A stretch of 64,000 bases of DNA, from contig CAVUZH010000014.1 in the NCBI GenBank assembly GCA_963745835.1, forward strand, positions 320,001 to 384,000. Direction: 5' to 3'. The stretch is from an uncultured delta proteobacterium. Lineage in GTDB: Bacteria; Desulfobacterota; Binatia; UBA9968. Position numbers and translations under genes: made by a program. The notes beneath the pieces were generated by a model. It made no database searches. It was not told the DNA's origin and was given only the letters and a program-made list of their open reading frames with translations. Below are positions 9,873 to 19,852 of this stretch, piece by piece. The stretch's first letter is position 1, and every line of letters starts with the position of its first letter.

Positions 9873-10196
9873 GCGGACATCGTAAGACCGCCATCGAGAA
9901 GCTCCGTCCTGCTAAACGTGCTGTTGTGACTACGCGCACAATTTAAAAGCGGTCGAACTTGTTCGTCAACTGAATCCTGCCGATAGCGAACTGTCTTTTC
10001 GCGAGCGTTGTCGAGCCCAATCATTGCGACTGACTTTTTATCCCCGAATTTGGAAGAGAACTCAGATCAGCGGACCACATTAGCATTTTACAACCCGCCA
10101 AATTTGTCCCGTCCGGCTTTTTTTGGTTAGCCGAGCAGGGATCCGTGCATCGTCTGTAAACCGGAAAGCTATTTGAAAAGAACCGTTTGGCTCGTC

Positions 10197-10211
10197 TGGC
10201 ATGAAGCTTGC
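10197..10211 (+). promoter_or_regulatory. Sigma-54 (-24/-12) promoter candidate
   Basis: TGGCATGAAGCTTGC fits TGG-N10-GC, about 85 bp before the likely ATG at 10295. Confidence 0.55.
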
Positions 10212-10294
10212 CGTAAATGGGCTCGCGGCCAGCCCGCTTCATGTCGACGGCAAAGCCAGGGTTGCCGAACGGATTTGCTTCTGGATCGAGAATC

Positions 10295-11689
10295 ATGCTT
10301 TCACTGCTTCGCACCTTTGTCTACTGTTGGCTCGCGGCCGCCCTGCTGGGCTGCTCGCTCCCACATCCTCTTCCGATCGATCCACCTGGCTTCGGTGAAA
10401 CCGACGTCCATTCGTCCACGGCCATTAGAACGACTCCAGTTATCGAAATTGAAGCCGCGGCCGCGCCAACGATCCAAGCGCAAAAGAAAGACTTGCCGCA
10501 GAATGGCGAATTCAGTTCCGCCGGGTTGGCAAAAAAAACCACAGAGAAAACTGTCACTCTCAAAGATGCGCACAAAGCTGCGGACGAAATCAGCAGTATC
10601 GTCGAACATCCGAATGCTGCTTCCGACGATGACTTGATCGAACTGTGGCGCAGCGACATGGACCGAGCGATGCAGCAACCACCCGATCAACGCATTCTTC
10701 AGATTTCCCCGGCGGTTGAGGCACACCATCGAGTTCGCTTTTTCGTTGAGGGGTTTTGCGGCCGCATGAGAGATTTTTTTGAGCGCGCTTTGGCACGCTC
10801 AGGCAAGTATCGTTCGATGATGGCGGACATTCTGCGGAGAGAAGGTCTCCCGGACAAGCTTGTCTATCTCGCCTTGATCGAAAGCGGCTTTTCCACTCAC
10901 GCCTATTCACGCGCGCAAGCCTTGGGCCCTTGGCAGTTCATGCGCGGCACCGCGCTTCAGTATGGCCTGACGATCAACCCCTGGCTGGATGAGCGCCGTG
11001 ATCCGGTGCTCTCTACCCGCGCTGCCGCGGCCTACCTCAAGGATTTGCATGAGAAGTTCGGCGAATGGTTTTTGGCGGCAGCAGCATACAACGCAGGGGA
11101 AGGCAGGGTTGGAACGGCCCTGCAACGTTCCAAGACAAATGATTACTGGCTCTTGCGGCAGGAGCGAAAACATCTAAAGCTCGAAACACGCGACTATGTG
11201 CCCAAGTTCATCGCCGCCGCTCTCATCGCGCGGCAACCTGAGCGATATGGTTTCGAAGAGATCTCCTATGAAACGCCCATGGAGTATGACGAGGTGATCG
11301 TCAATCAGCCATTGAGACTCGAAACCGTCGCGCGTCTTGCGAACACCGAGGTAGATAATATCAAAGAACTCAATCCGGCGTTGCTCCGCGATTTCACACC
11401 GCCCACGGAGGGCGGCTTCACTCTTCGACTGCCGGCGGGAAGCCAGGCAGATTTTCTAGCTGGCTATGAACAGTTGGCGGGTTCGGATAAAATAAAAGTG
11501 AGTCTTCATAGAGTAAAAAAGGGTGAGTTACTCGCGCGCATCGCAAAAAAATACAATGTGACGCCTAAGCAACTAGTGGAAGAGAACAGCCTCAAGAGCG
11601 TGCGCCTCCGTCCTGGACAAGAACTCATCATCGTTTCGAACGACGCTGGCGCCGCTCCGCTGGCTTCGAACACCCCTCGCCTTCCATAA
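10295..11689 (+). CDS. mltD: MltD-like lytic murein transglycosylase lipoprotein with LysM domain
   Basis: Lipobox LLGC; SLT motifs LALIESGF, ALGPWQFM, AAAYNAGEG and ETRDYVPK; C-terminal LysM HRVKKGE...IAKKY. Confidence 0.88.
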   Translation: MLSLLRTFVYCWLAAALLGCSLPHPLPIDPPGFGETDVHSSTAIRTTPVIEIEAAAAPTIQAQKKDLPQNGEFSSAGLAKKTTEKTVTLKDAHKAADEISSIVEHPNAASDDDLIELWRSDMDRAMQQPPDQRILQISPAVEAHHRVRFFVEGFCGRMRDFFERALARSGKYRSMMADILRREGLPDKLVYLALIESGFSTHAYSRAQALGPWQFMRGTALQYGLTINPWLDERRDPVLSTRAAAAYLKDLHEKFGEWFLAAAAYNAGEGRVGTALQRSKTNDYWLLRQERKHLKLETRDYVPKFIAAALIARQPERYGFEEISYETPMEYDEVIVNQPLRLETVARLANTEVDNIKELNPALLRDFTPPTEGGFTLRLPAGSQADFLAGYEQLAGSDKIKVSLHRVKKGELLARIAKKYNVTPKQLVEENSLKSVRLRPGQELIIVSNDAGAAPLASNTPRLP

Positions 11690-11871
11690 GGCGCCTTAAT
11701 CTGACGCACATCGGCGTTCCGGCAAAATAGTCATCGCAAGATATCCGGTGATTTTTCTCACCGAAAATCTTCACCGCCATTTCAAGCCGACTAGTGCCCT
11801 CGGCGATTTCGTCGATAAAGAACCCGTGGTGCATGGCGTAATAGCCGGCTCTGATGAGCTTCTCGATGTTT

Positions 11872-12657
11872 TTAAAGAACACCCCACGCGTTCAGAATGA
11901 ACGTCGCGATATTGCGGCCACGAGTCAATACCAGTTGTTTTCCGGTCTCCGCGCTTGCCGCTCGCGGCCAGCCGAAATAGCCGCGGCCGCCGCTAAGAGT
12001 GCCATAATCTTCGGTTTCGTTATGAAATGCTTCGACATCATAATCGAAGTTTGGTTCGAGCTGCTCGATCAATTCTTTTCTTACCAAGTCGGGAAAACAA
12101 TGCAGCGCGACTGAGGTCTCCGATTCGCCGCCGTGCCCTTCGCGATCGGGCCTCGGACTGCGGTAAAACTGCTTAACCCCTTCTCGGTAGCAAGCCGCCG
12201 TTACCGCCGGATCACTGGTAAAACCAGTACAAAGAACCTGCGAGATTTTCTCATCGACAAGAACACTGCGGGCCGCCTCCAAAGTTCTCATATGCTCCAG
12301 ATCGCGATGGCCATTGAGAATCACCAGGCGATTGAATCCATGCTTCGCCAGAGAGCGGCCAATATCGACAACTAGAGACTTGAGGGTTTCCGGTTGCAAC
12401 GTCAGCGTTCCGGCAAAATTCAAAGCTTGATGCGCCACGCCATAATTGATGGTCGGCGCCACGATGATCTCATAGCCTTGCTCCTCGAGGTGCGGTGCCG
12501 TCGCCATCGCGTAAGCTTCGGCGGCAAAAGAATCCACTCCCAACGGCAAGTGCGCTCCATGTTCTTCAACTACGCCCACCGGGAGGATAACCAGCGCTTT
12601 GCCGGCGCGAGCAAGACGTTCAACTTCCGGGAAAGGAATCTTGGCTAAATGCTGCAT
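11872..12657 (-). CDS. Creatininase family amidohydrolase
   Basis: LPVGVVEEHGAHLPLGVD, ILNGH and GHGGESETS motifs. Confidence 0.9.
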   Translation of the reverse strand: MQHLAKIPFPEVERLARAGKALVILPVGVVEEHGAHLPLGVDSFAAEAYAMATAPHLEEQGYEIIVAPTINYGVAHQALNFAGTLTLQPETLKSLVVDIGRSLAKHGFNRLVILNGHRDLEHMRTLEAARSVLVDEKISQVLCTGFTSDPAVTAACYREGVKQFYRSPRPDREGHGGESETSVALHCFPDLVRKELIEQLEPNFDYDVEAFHNETEDYGTLSGGRGYFGWPRAASAETGKQLVLTRGRNIATFILNAWGVL

Positions 12658-12780
12658 GATTTACCTCGTTAAACATTGAGCCTTAATGAATTAAAGAGTA
12701 CCGGGCCGCAGCGCAAGGTTCACATTCCGCCCGCATACCTGCACCGCCGTGCTGCTCATTCCCACCAACAAAACAAACAA

Positions 12781-13407
12781 CTACGGTTTCTGTCTCGAAT
12801 CCTTTTCAGGCTTGGCGCGTAAAGTCCGCATCATAATCGCGTAGCGAAGCTCCTTCACCGGCGGAATTGAATGCTGCCAGATCTCTCGCGAAGCTCCGCT
12901 CATCAGATAGACTGAGCGCGGTTCTAGTTCGAGTGATAATACTTCATCACGATTTAATTTCTTCGATCGGACGCGGCTATATTTTCGAAACCTCATCCGG
13001 CATGCCGCGCCAAGGGAGACTCCAACCACAATGCCAAAATACGGAATATCCCGATGCCATCCGATTGGCGAACCAGTAGAATATTCGATGATTGATATTT
13101 GGATCAAACTAGCCGGATCAATCTTAAAGACTTTACCGGCGCGTGCCCGCACCGGTAAAAGAAATAGCGGCATCTCTGGAGCTGCTGTGATTTCACTCGC
13201 GCCGAATTCGTATTGCCAGCCGAAACTAGCTGTTCGCCGCTTGCCAGTAAATTGATAGTACTTAAATGGCTCAAGCTGAAGCTTCTGAATCTCCCGGATA
13301 AGCTCCTGCTCTTCAGCCTCTGAAACGAAGTTTTGTCGATAAATAAATCCACCCGGAACTTGCGCCGAGCCGTCAAATAGAGTCGGGTCGCCATTTGCTT
13401 TGGGCAT
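12781..13407 (-). CDS. AlkB-like 2OG-Fe(II) oxygenase
   Basis: IGWHRD (HxD), VSLG, WQHSIP and RYAIMMRT motifs. Confidence 0.88.
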   Translation of the reverse strand: MPKANGDPTLFDGSAQVPGGFIYRQNFVSEAEEQELIREIQKLQLEPFKYYQFTGKRRTASFGWQYEFGASEITAAPEMPLFLLPVRARAGKVFKIDPASLIQISIIEYSTGSPIGWHRDIPYFGIVVGVSLGAACRMRFRKYSRVRSKKLNRDEVLSLELEPRSVYLMSGASREIWQHSIPPVKELRYAIMMRTLRAKPEKDSRQKP

Positions 13408-13919
13408 AACATCATCATGCCATTAAGCACCAAAGATTTAACCGGGCCGGCTAAAATTTCTGGCGCCGGGCAAAAGGATCCAGCTTATCGTATGTCAACC
13501 TTCGGTTCACATCTGCGACGAGGCAGATTAGCTAACGCTTCATCGAAGCTGAATGCGGCGGTGGACGTCAGCGTAGCAGTGACAAGGAAGCGTTTTTCTC
13601 GGGCTTAAACACCAGCGGAAGTACCGTAGCGGGCTGGCGCATTAGAAGTCTCAAGAAAAATTTGCGAAGGGCAGCTTTGATGACTCTAGGAGGAAATAAA
13701 AGTGAGGAGAGCGGGGACACATGAGAGATAACACCGGAAACGTGATCAACGAGAGGGATTGCCGTGCCATTAGTCTTTCCCGATCAAGGCTCCCACTCAC
13801 GAGCCGCCGCCGAAGTAATTCGTGATCGCCGGCAATACCCGGAAGGGCGACAGCTCGTTATCGTTGATGAAAGGTTTGCCTCGAGCGGTTTGCAGTGTGC
13901 CGCCGTCATTGCCCGTAAA

Positions 13920-14033
13920 CTACTTTGCGATGCCTTGAACAGCTAGATCTTCATGCGGCGTCCCTTCGGTATTCGACCAGAGTTCGAATAGGACTCCAAT
14001 AATTACTCCAATTACAATTTCTGCGCCGGTCAT
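13920..14033 (-). CDS. Small hypothetical protein (37 aa), or the 5' part of an interrupted gene
   Basis: AAGGAG RBS; MTGAEIVIGVIIGVLFELWSN...; the frame stays open for 40 more codons after the TAG. Confidence 0.35.
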   Translation of the reverse strand: MTGAEIVIGVIIGVLFELWSNTEGTPHEDLAVQGIAK

Positions 14034-14858
14034 ACCTTTCTCCTTAGTGGTAGTGATTAAATCCATGGCTGAGCTGAAGCCCGGGCTCAGCAGCGACAAG
14101 ACGCCTCGTTGCCACCGCAAGAGCGAGGCCAGCAGCGGCTACAGTTCGGTATTGCGAAGCTAGCAATGCAAAGCTTTTGTTTTCGTGGCCTTATTGGTTG
14201 CTACAGCCCTAGATCTAACCAGCAGCAAAGCGATTCCGAGGGAGGCATTGACGAATTTGTTATCTCCGGGTGTATCCGTGGACAAGAATCGAAATCTTCT
14301 TACGCGCGTCGCTCGTAAGGCAAGGCCGTCATCTGTGAATGCCCGGTCCCGGCAGATTTCAGGTAAGCGGTGTGGGTTGGCAACCCGAGATTTAGTTGCT
14401 CGCTTAACGGCACGCATTATTGGCTGCGGAATAGACTAGCTGCTGACGAGCAATTTAGAGGCTGCTCCTGCATGCGAGCAGGCAGCTAGTCGAGACCATC
14501 GATCTCGCCCGGCTGATTTGTTTCGAGCTTTACAAATTATTCACCTTCATTATAGAAACGACTTCGAAGTGAAATCTGATCGTCAGCGAAGCTGACCAGT
14601 CGAGACGGCAGATTTCTCCAGAAATCGTATCTGGCAAAAAAGGAATCAAACTTATTAACGATCAGAGCGCTGCCTATTGTGCAGGGATAACTTCGATCGC
14701 GAGACACAAGTTAACGGCCCAAGCTTCGTACGAATTCGCGAATAGACCCACACAGCGATGCAGTAGCTAAAGCAACATAGAGACCGAGATTTTTCACTTT
14801 CCGTAGGAGGCCCCTGCAGGAATCAAAGTTCGATAGAATCAAAAAGGAGAGTTGCAAC

Positions 14859-15815
14859 ATGTACAAAGGAAAGTTTGAGTGGCCCAACGGAGCCTATATC
14901 GCGGTTGTCTTCAACATGTCGTGGGAAATTCCTCCTAAGACGCTGGGCACCACGGTGGATCAAAACCGCGGACGTGGAGCTTCCTCTGCGGCGAAATACA
15001 CTCGCCTCATGCGCCCGGTTTATGAAACGGCGTTCGCTGAGACAGGCGGTATGCAGCGGCTGCTTGATCTGTGGAAACGATACGAGATTCAGACCAGTAC
15101 CTATGCGGACGGACTGAACGTAAGTCTGTTCCCTCAGCTAGCCCGCGAAGTCGCGGCAAACGGTCATGAATTTCTCGTTCAGGGCTGGGATCATGAATTT
15201 TTATGTGACATGACGGCGCAAGAACAAGCCGAGGGAATCGCGCGGGCCAACAAAGCGTTTGAAAACGTGCTTGGCAAAAAAGCTTCGGGTTTCAGTTCTC
15301 CAGGCGGGCATCTTACGCCGGAAACTTTCTCCATCCTCGCCGAGCAAGGGTTCAAATATACCTGCGGTATGCGCAACGCCGAAGTTCCGTTCATCATCCG
15401 GGTCAACGGTAAGAAGCTGGTCGGGATGACAAGTTATGCAGTGTCCGATACCAACTCCAGTAAGGGCATGAATGTGCGCGAGATCGTCGAGATGTGGCGC
15501 GATTATTTCGATGCCCTCTACGATGAGGGCAAACGTGGCTTCCCGAAGATGCTCGCCTATGGCACTCATCCCGTCCTGGCCCATGGTTTTCGCACAAGAC
15601 CTCTCGAAGAAGTAATTCGTCACGTTAGAGCAAAATCTAACGTGTGGATTACCACCCGCGATCAGATCGCCGATTGGGTCCTGCAAAACTATCCCGAAAG
15701 GGATCTCGCCAGCTTTTATCCAGAGGCCGTCGCATCCGACAAACATTACGGACTTGGCATGGGTCTCGGTGGTGAGGAGGCAATCAGCGAGGCGCTACGC
15801 TACCGCCGAGAATAG
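14859..15815 (+). CDS. Polysaccharide deacetylase (NodB/PuuE-like) family protein
   Basis: WPNGAYIAVVFNMSWE, GMQRLLDLW, DYFDALYDEG, GTHP and VWITT motifs; AAGGAG RBS. Confidence 0.85.
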   Translation: MYKGKFEWPNGAYIAVVFNMSWEIPPKTLGTTVDQNRGRGASSAAKYTRLMRPVYETAFAETGGMQRLLDLWKRYEIQTSTYADGLNVSLFPQLAREVAANGHEFLVQGWDHEFLCDMTAQEQAEGIARANKAFENVLGKKASGFSSPGGHLTPETFSILAEQGFKYTCGMRNAEVPFIIRVNGKKLVGMTSYAVSDTNSSKGMNVREIVEMWRDYFDALYDEGKRGFPKMLAYGTHPVLAHGFRTRPLEEVIRHVRAKSNVWITTRDQIADWVLQNYPERDLASFYPEAVASDKHYGLGMGLGGEEAISEALRYRRE

Positions 15816-15866
15816 ATAAGATTCAGAAACCGATCGACACGGCCCGGTAGGTTCTAGGAGGATGAA

Positions 15867-17543
15867 ATGGCGACAGTTGCCGAGATCGTTGCAGAGACGT
15901 TGGTGAAGTATGAGACGGAGTATTTTTTCTGCTTCATGGGCGGCGACCATGAGCTTTGGTATGCACTCCACGATGCAGGCATACGCATCATCAACTGCCG
16001 CAGCGAGCCAGGCGCCGTCTATATGGCCGACGGATACGCGCGAATCTCAGGCAAGCCTGGTTTCGTTTACGGACAACGCGGACCCGGTGTAGCGAACGTC
16101 GCCGGCGCCATGGCCGATCCACTTTGGGCCGGCAGCCCTTTAATCTCGCTTACCAGCTCCATCGGTATGCCTTCTCGAGACCGTTATGAGTATCAGGAAC
16201 TCGACGGCTTGAAGATGCACACCGCGGTTGCCGGTTGGAACAAGACGGTGTCGGTACCCGAGCGCGCGGCGGCCATGGTACGAGCTGCGATACGCGTGGC
16301 GACCGGGCCGGCTCCGGCTCCTGTACATCTGGAAATCCCGGCAGAGATGTTCGGCGCTGACGCAGGATCAGAAACGGCTTACCGCGAGGAGAATCTCGGC
16401 AAAGTCACATCGAGGCGGATTCCGCCGCCTTTAGGTGCAATGCAGGCGGTGATCGACGAGTTGCGCAGAGCAAACCGCCCATTGATCGTAGCCGGCAAAG
16501 GCATAGTCATTTCCGAGGCGTGGGACGAGCTTACGCGATTCGCAGAAGCGCTGAGCGTGCCGGTGGTAACTTCTCTCGGCGGCAAGGGCGCGATCTCTGA
16601 AGACCACGACCTGGCGGTGGGAACTATCGGCCGCAACTCGCGCAAGGTGGGCAATGATACCGTGCGCGACGCCGATCTCATACTTGCCATCGGCACCCGG
16701 CTCGGTGGTTTAGCAACCCATCGCTGGACACTGCCCTTCGACAAGAAACCACTCATTCAGATTGACACGAATCACGAGATTCTCGGCCACAACTTCCGCG
16801 CCATCTTGACCATTCTGGCCGACGCCAAGTTGGCGTTAGAAAGCGGGCTCGCCGCGATTGAATCTGGAAAGCTCTACAGGGAGCGCACGCACTGGGCAAA
16901 GCAGGTATCGTCCAATGTGGCCATCTGGCAAAAACACGCCAAGTCCATGGCGGAAGAAAAGCTGAAGGATGGAATTCATCCGGCGGAAGTCGTGGCGTGC
17001 CTGCGTGAAATCATGGGGCCAAACGATTTAATCGGGGCCGATACGGGCGCCATCGGCTCATGGGTAGGCTCCCTGTTTTCGGTAAAACCAGGCAAGACCA
17101 TGGTTCGAGCCAACGGTTCGCTCGGCTGGGTCGTGCCGGGCGTGATGGGCGGGGCGCTAGCACGGCCAAATCATCGGGCTGTGGCGGTCTCAGGCGACGG
17201 CGGCATCCTTTATCATATCGGCGAATTGGAAACGGCGCTCCGTTGCAATATTCCGGTGGTTGTAGTCGTGTTAAACAATAGTTGTCTAGCCTCTGAGTAC
17301 CATACTGAAAAGCGCCTAAAAGGAGGCCGCGTTGTTTCGGAAGTGCTCGACTTTAACAATACAGACTTCGCCGCCATTGCCAAAGCGTTCGGCGCCCACG
17401 GAGCGCGGGTTAATGACAGCAAGAACCTCAAGCAGGCTGTCGGCGATGCCTTAGCCTCAGAGATGCCCGCGCTTGTCGATGTCGTCGTGAGCAAGGAAGC
17501 AGTTGCCCCTTCTGCCGGCCAGGATCGTACACGCAAGGTTTAG
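15867..17543 (+). CDS. Thiamine pyrophosphate-dependent enzyme (acetolactate synthase-like)
   Basis: RSEPGAVYMADGYAR, GPGVAN and TPP motif GDGG...NN. Confidence 0.9.
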   Translation: MATVAEIVAETLVKYETEYFFCFMGGDHELWYALHDAGIRIINCRSEPGAVYMADGYARISGKPGFVYGQRGPGVANVAGAMADPLWAGSPLISLTSSIGMPSRDRYEYQELDGLKMHTAVAGWNKTVSVPERAAAMVRAAIRVATGPAPAPVHLEIPAEMFGADAGSETAYREENLGKVTSRRIPPPLGAMQAVIDELRRANRPLIVAGKGIVISEAWDELTRFAEALSVPVVTSLGGKGAISEDHDLAVGTIGRNSRKVGNDTVRDADLILAIGTRLGGLATHRWTLPFDKKPLIQIDTNHEILGHNFRAILTILADAKLALESGLAAIESGKLYRERTHWAKQVSSNVAIWQKHAKSMAEEKLKDGIHPAEVVACLREIMGPNDLIGADTGAIGSWVGSLFSVKPGKTMVRANGSLGWVVPGVMGGALARPNHRAVAVSGDGGILYHIGELETALRCNIPVVVVVLNNSCLASEYHTEKRLKGGRVVSEVLDFNNTDFAAIAKAFGAHGARVNDSKNLKQAVGDALASEMPALVDVVVSKEAVAPSAGQDRTRKV

Positions 17544-17604
17544 ATCGAAGAGAATCGGTGCGTGGCCGCAAGGGTGCGCAGAAGTAGTCGCGAGGAGATT
17601 TTAG

Positions 17605-18441
17605 ATGAGCAACTATGAAGTGGCCGGATCTTTAGGTTTGCAAGGCAAGACGGTGGCCGTCGTAGGCGGCGGCGGTGCAAACAACGGCATCGGCCGCGCC
17701 ACCGCGATTTTATTCGCTAAGCTCGGGGCGAAAGTCGCGGTTCTGGATATCAACAGCGAAGCGGCTGCCGAAACAGCAAGGGGGATTAACGCAGTCGCAG
17801 AGAACGCTGCCTCGGTCTGGCAGCTCGACGCACTGAATGCGGAGCAGGTTGATAAAACTTTAAAAGAGATTTTGGAAAAGTATAAGCGCATCGATGTTTG
17901 GGTCCATATCGTCGGTGGGCATAAGGGAAGAACTCTTATTGAAGAGATTCCTCTGGATGTGTGGAAACTGAACATAGAAATCAATCTGACGAGCGCGTTC
18001 ATCGGCTCACGCGCAATCCTCCCTATCATGAAGCGGCAGAGAAACGGCAAGATCGTCCTGGTAAGTTCGTTCGCCGCGCGCTCTATCTCTGTTTCCGGCG
18101 CTGACTACGCCGTAGCAAAAGCAGCGATTATCACCTTTATGAAGCAGCTCGCCTATGAAGGCGGTTTTTTCAACATCAATGTCAATGCGATTGTCCCGGG
18201 GCCGACCCATGAGCCAAACCCGGAGAAAGATCGCACAGACGGCCGTTTACCGAGAGTTCCTTTGGGGCGTTTCGCACGGCCCGAGGACCAGGCGAAGGCG
18301 ATTGTATTTTTGGCTTCCGCATGGTCGGAAATGATCACGGGTGTAGCATTGGATGTTGACGCCGGTATGCAGCTTGGATTTGTCGATTGGGAGACATATC
18401 TATCGAAACACCAGAGTCCTACAAATATAAGAGAGGGGTAA
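17605..18441 (+). CDS. Short-chain dehydrogenase/reductase
   Basis: VGGGGANNGIG, YAVAK (YxxxK) and VNAIVPG motifs. Confidence 0.9.
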   Translation: MSNYEVAGSLGLQGKTVAVVGGGGANNGIGRATAILFAKLGAKVAVLDINSEAAAETARGINAVAENAASVWQLDALNAEQVDKTLKEILEKYKRIDVWVHIVGGHKGRTLIEEIPLDVWKLNIEINLTSAFIGSRAILPIMKRQRNGKIVLVSSFAARSISVSGADYAVAKAAIITFMKQLAYEGGFFNINVNAIVPGPTHEPNPEKDRTDGRLPRVPLGRFARPEDQAKAIVFLASAWSEMITGVALDVDAGMQLGFVDWETYLSKHQSPTNIREG

Positions 18442-18449
18442 TCATTGAT

Positions 18450-19469
18450 ATGCGTGTTGGTAATCTTAAGCACCCCAATGCCACCTATGACTGCCGTGTC
18501 AGCAGCGCTTCCGCTCTATTGATCAGTTTTTTTATAGTCTTCGCAATCGGCAGCTTCAATGAAATCCTGGCGGCGCAAACAGAAGCTTGGAAACCGAGCA
18601 GACCAATCAGAATATTACTAAGCGGTCGGGGCGCCTACGATTTGATCGCTCGACAATTGGCTCTGGTACTTCCCGACTATTTGGGACACAAAGTGACTGT
18701 ACAGTTGGTCACAGGTGCTCAGGGCTTCAACGCCATGGATGTGCTCCAGGGATCCAAGCCCGACGGTCATACAATAAGTTTACTAGGTGTGGCCACGTAC
18801 GTTGGATTGGCAACAACCAAAACGCAATACTCCTGGGATGTTCGGAATATACCCGTGATTATGGCACTTGACACTCCTCCTTACGGGATCTTTAGTTCTC
18901 CAAAGTCGCCCTATAAAAGTTATCAGGACATTCTGAAAACAAAAACTCAAGTACGTGTCGCGTTGGCAGGAGCAACCTTTGTCGTTATCCCGCTGGCCGT
19001 GGATTTTGAGCAGAAAAAAATTTCTTATACAATGGCCCGTTTCAAAGACGTAGCGGATGCGAAATTAGCCGTTCTGGCAGGCAATGCCGATCTGACATCT
19101 GGTGCTCTGACCGGAATCAACACCACACAAATCAAGGCAGGTGATATGACTTTGCTCTGGATATACAGCTCGAAACGTTATCCAGAGTTTCCGGACGCGC
19201 CCACTCATGTTGAGCTGGGAATGCCTAAAGAGTGGTCTGATTATGCCCTGACACGCCTGATCCAGGTGCCGCCCGGCACACCTGGGCATATTCAGAGCGC
19301 GCTAAGGGAAGGCTTGATCAAAGCTTTCAAGGATAAGCGAACGGTAGAATGGAGCGAAAAAGCAGATACTCCGGTGGATCTCTTACCAGAGCCTGAGCTT
19401 AAGCAGCGGATCAACTTCCTGATCAAGTCATTCAATGAGAACAAGAAGATTGTGGACACCTACTATTAG
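18450..19469 (+). CDS. tctC: TctC family substrate-binding protein
   Basis: WKPSRPIRI, YDLIAR, KPDGHTI, FPDAPT and PPGTP motifs; adjacent to tctA/tctB. Confidence 0.85.
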   Translation: MRVGNLKHPNATYDCRVSSASALLISFFIVFAIGSFNEILAAQTEAWKPSRPIRILLSGRGAYDLIARQLALVLPDYLGHKVTVQLVTGAQGFNAMDVLQGSKPDGHTISLLGVATYVGLATTKTQYSWDVRNIPVIMALDTPPYGIFSSPKSPYKSYQDILKTKTQVRVALAGATFVVIPLAVDFEQKKISYTMARFKDVADAKLAVLAGNADLTSGALTGINTTQIKAGDMTLLWIYSSKRYPEFPDAPTHVELGMPKEWSDYALTRLIQVPPGTPGHIQSALREGLIKAFKDKRTVEWSEKADTPVDLLPEPELKQRINFLIKSFNENKKIVDTYY

Positions 19470-19852
19470 TAGACCCCGATATGAATTGCGCAATCGCCGT
19501 AACCTCTTCATTAAAGCAGAGTTCTTTACGCCTTGGTGGGACGGTAAAGAAATCAGGTTGATAAAGTCTCGATGGCTCTTTGAGCCGCCCGAGGCGAGCA
19601 GCCTCGTCGCACCGGCTTCGGGGCTCACGGATTTTTTGTTAGCGGCTGCTACCGCTTAATTGTTCGGGATCGTTCAAAGCTTTTAGGCACTGTTGTTTGC
19701 TCGATCTCGTTCGCGTTACGGGACAGCATTTTGAATTGCTCTCTCATTGGTGCGCGGTGACCAGTATTCCGTAGGATTATAGCTCAAGAGAAAACACACC
19801 CATCCTCTACTGACATACCTGCGAGTATTCTAGATGTTACGGGAGATACAGT

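Noticed and set aside
9900-10200. c-di-AMP (ydaO) riboswitch upstream of the cell-wall hydrolase
   Set aside because: Only a CTGAATCC fragment matches; the other conserved blocks were not found.
13797-14033. Pyrrolysine or readthrough at the in-frame TAG
   Set aside because: No pyl genes or recognisable protein family; a nonsense mutation or chance open frame is simpler.
14434-14491. Hammerhead ribozyme (CTGACGA core)
   Set aside because: No correctly placed GAAA or stem III.
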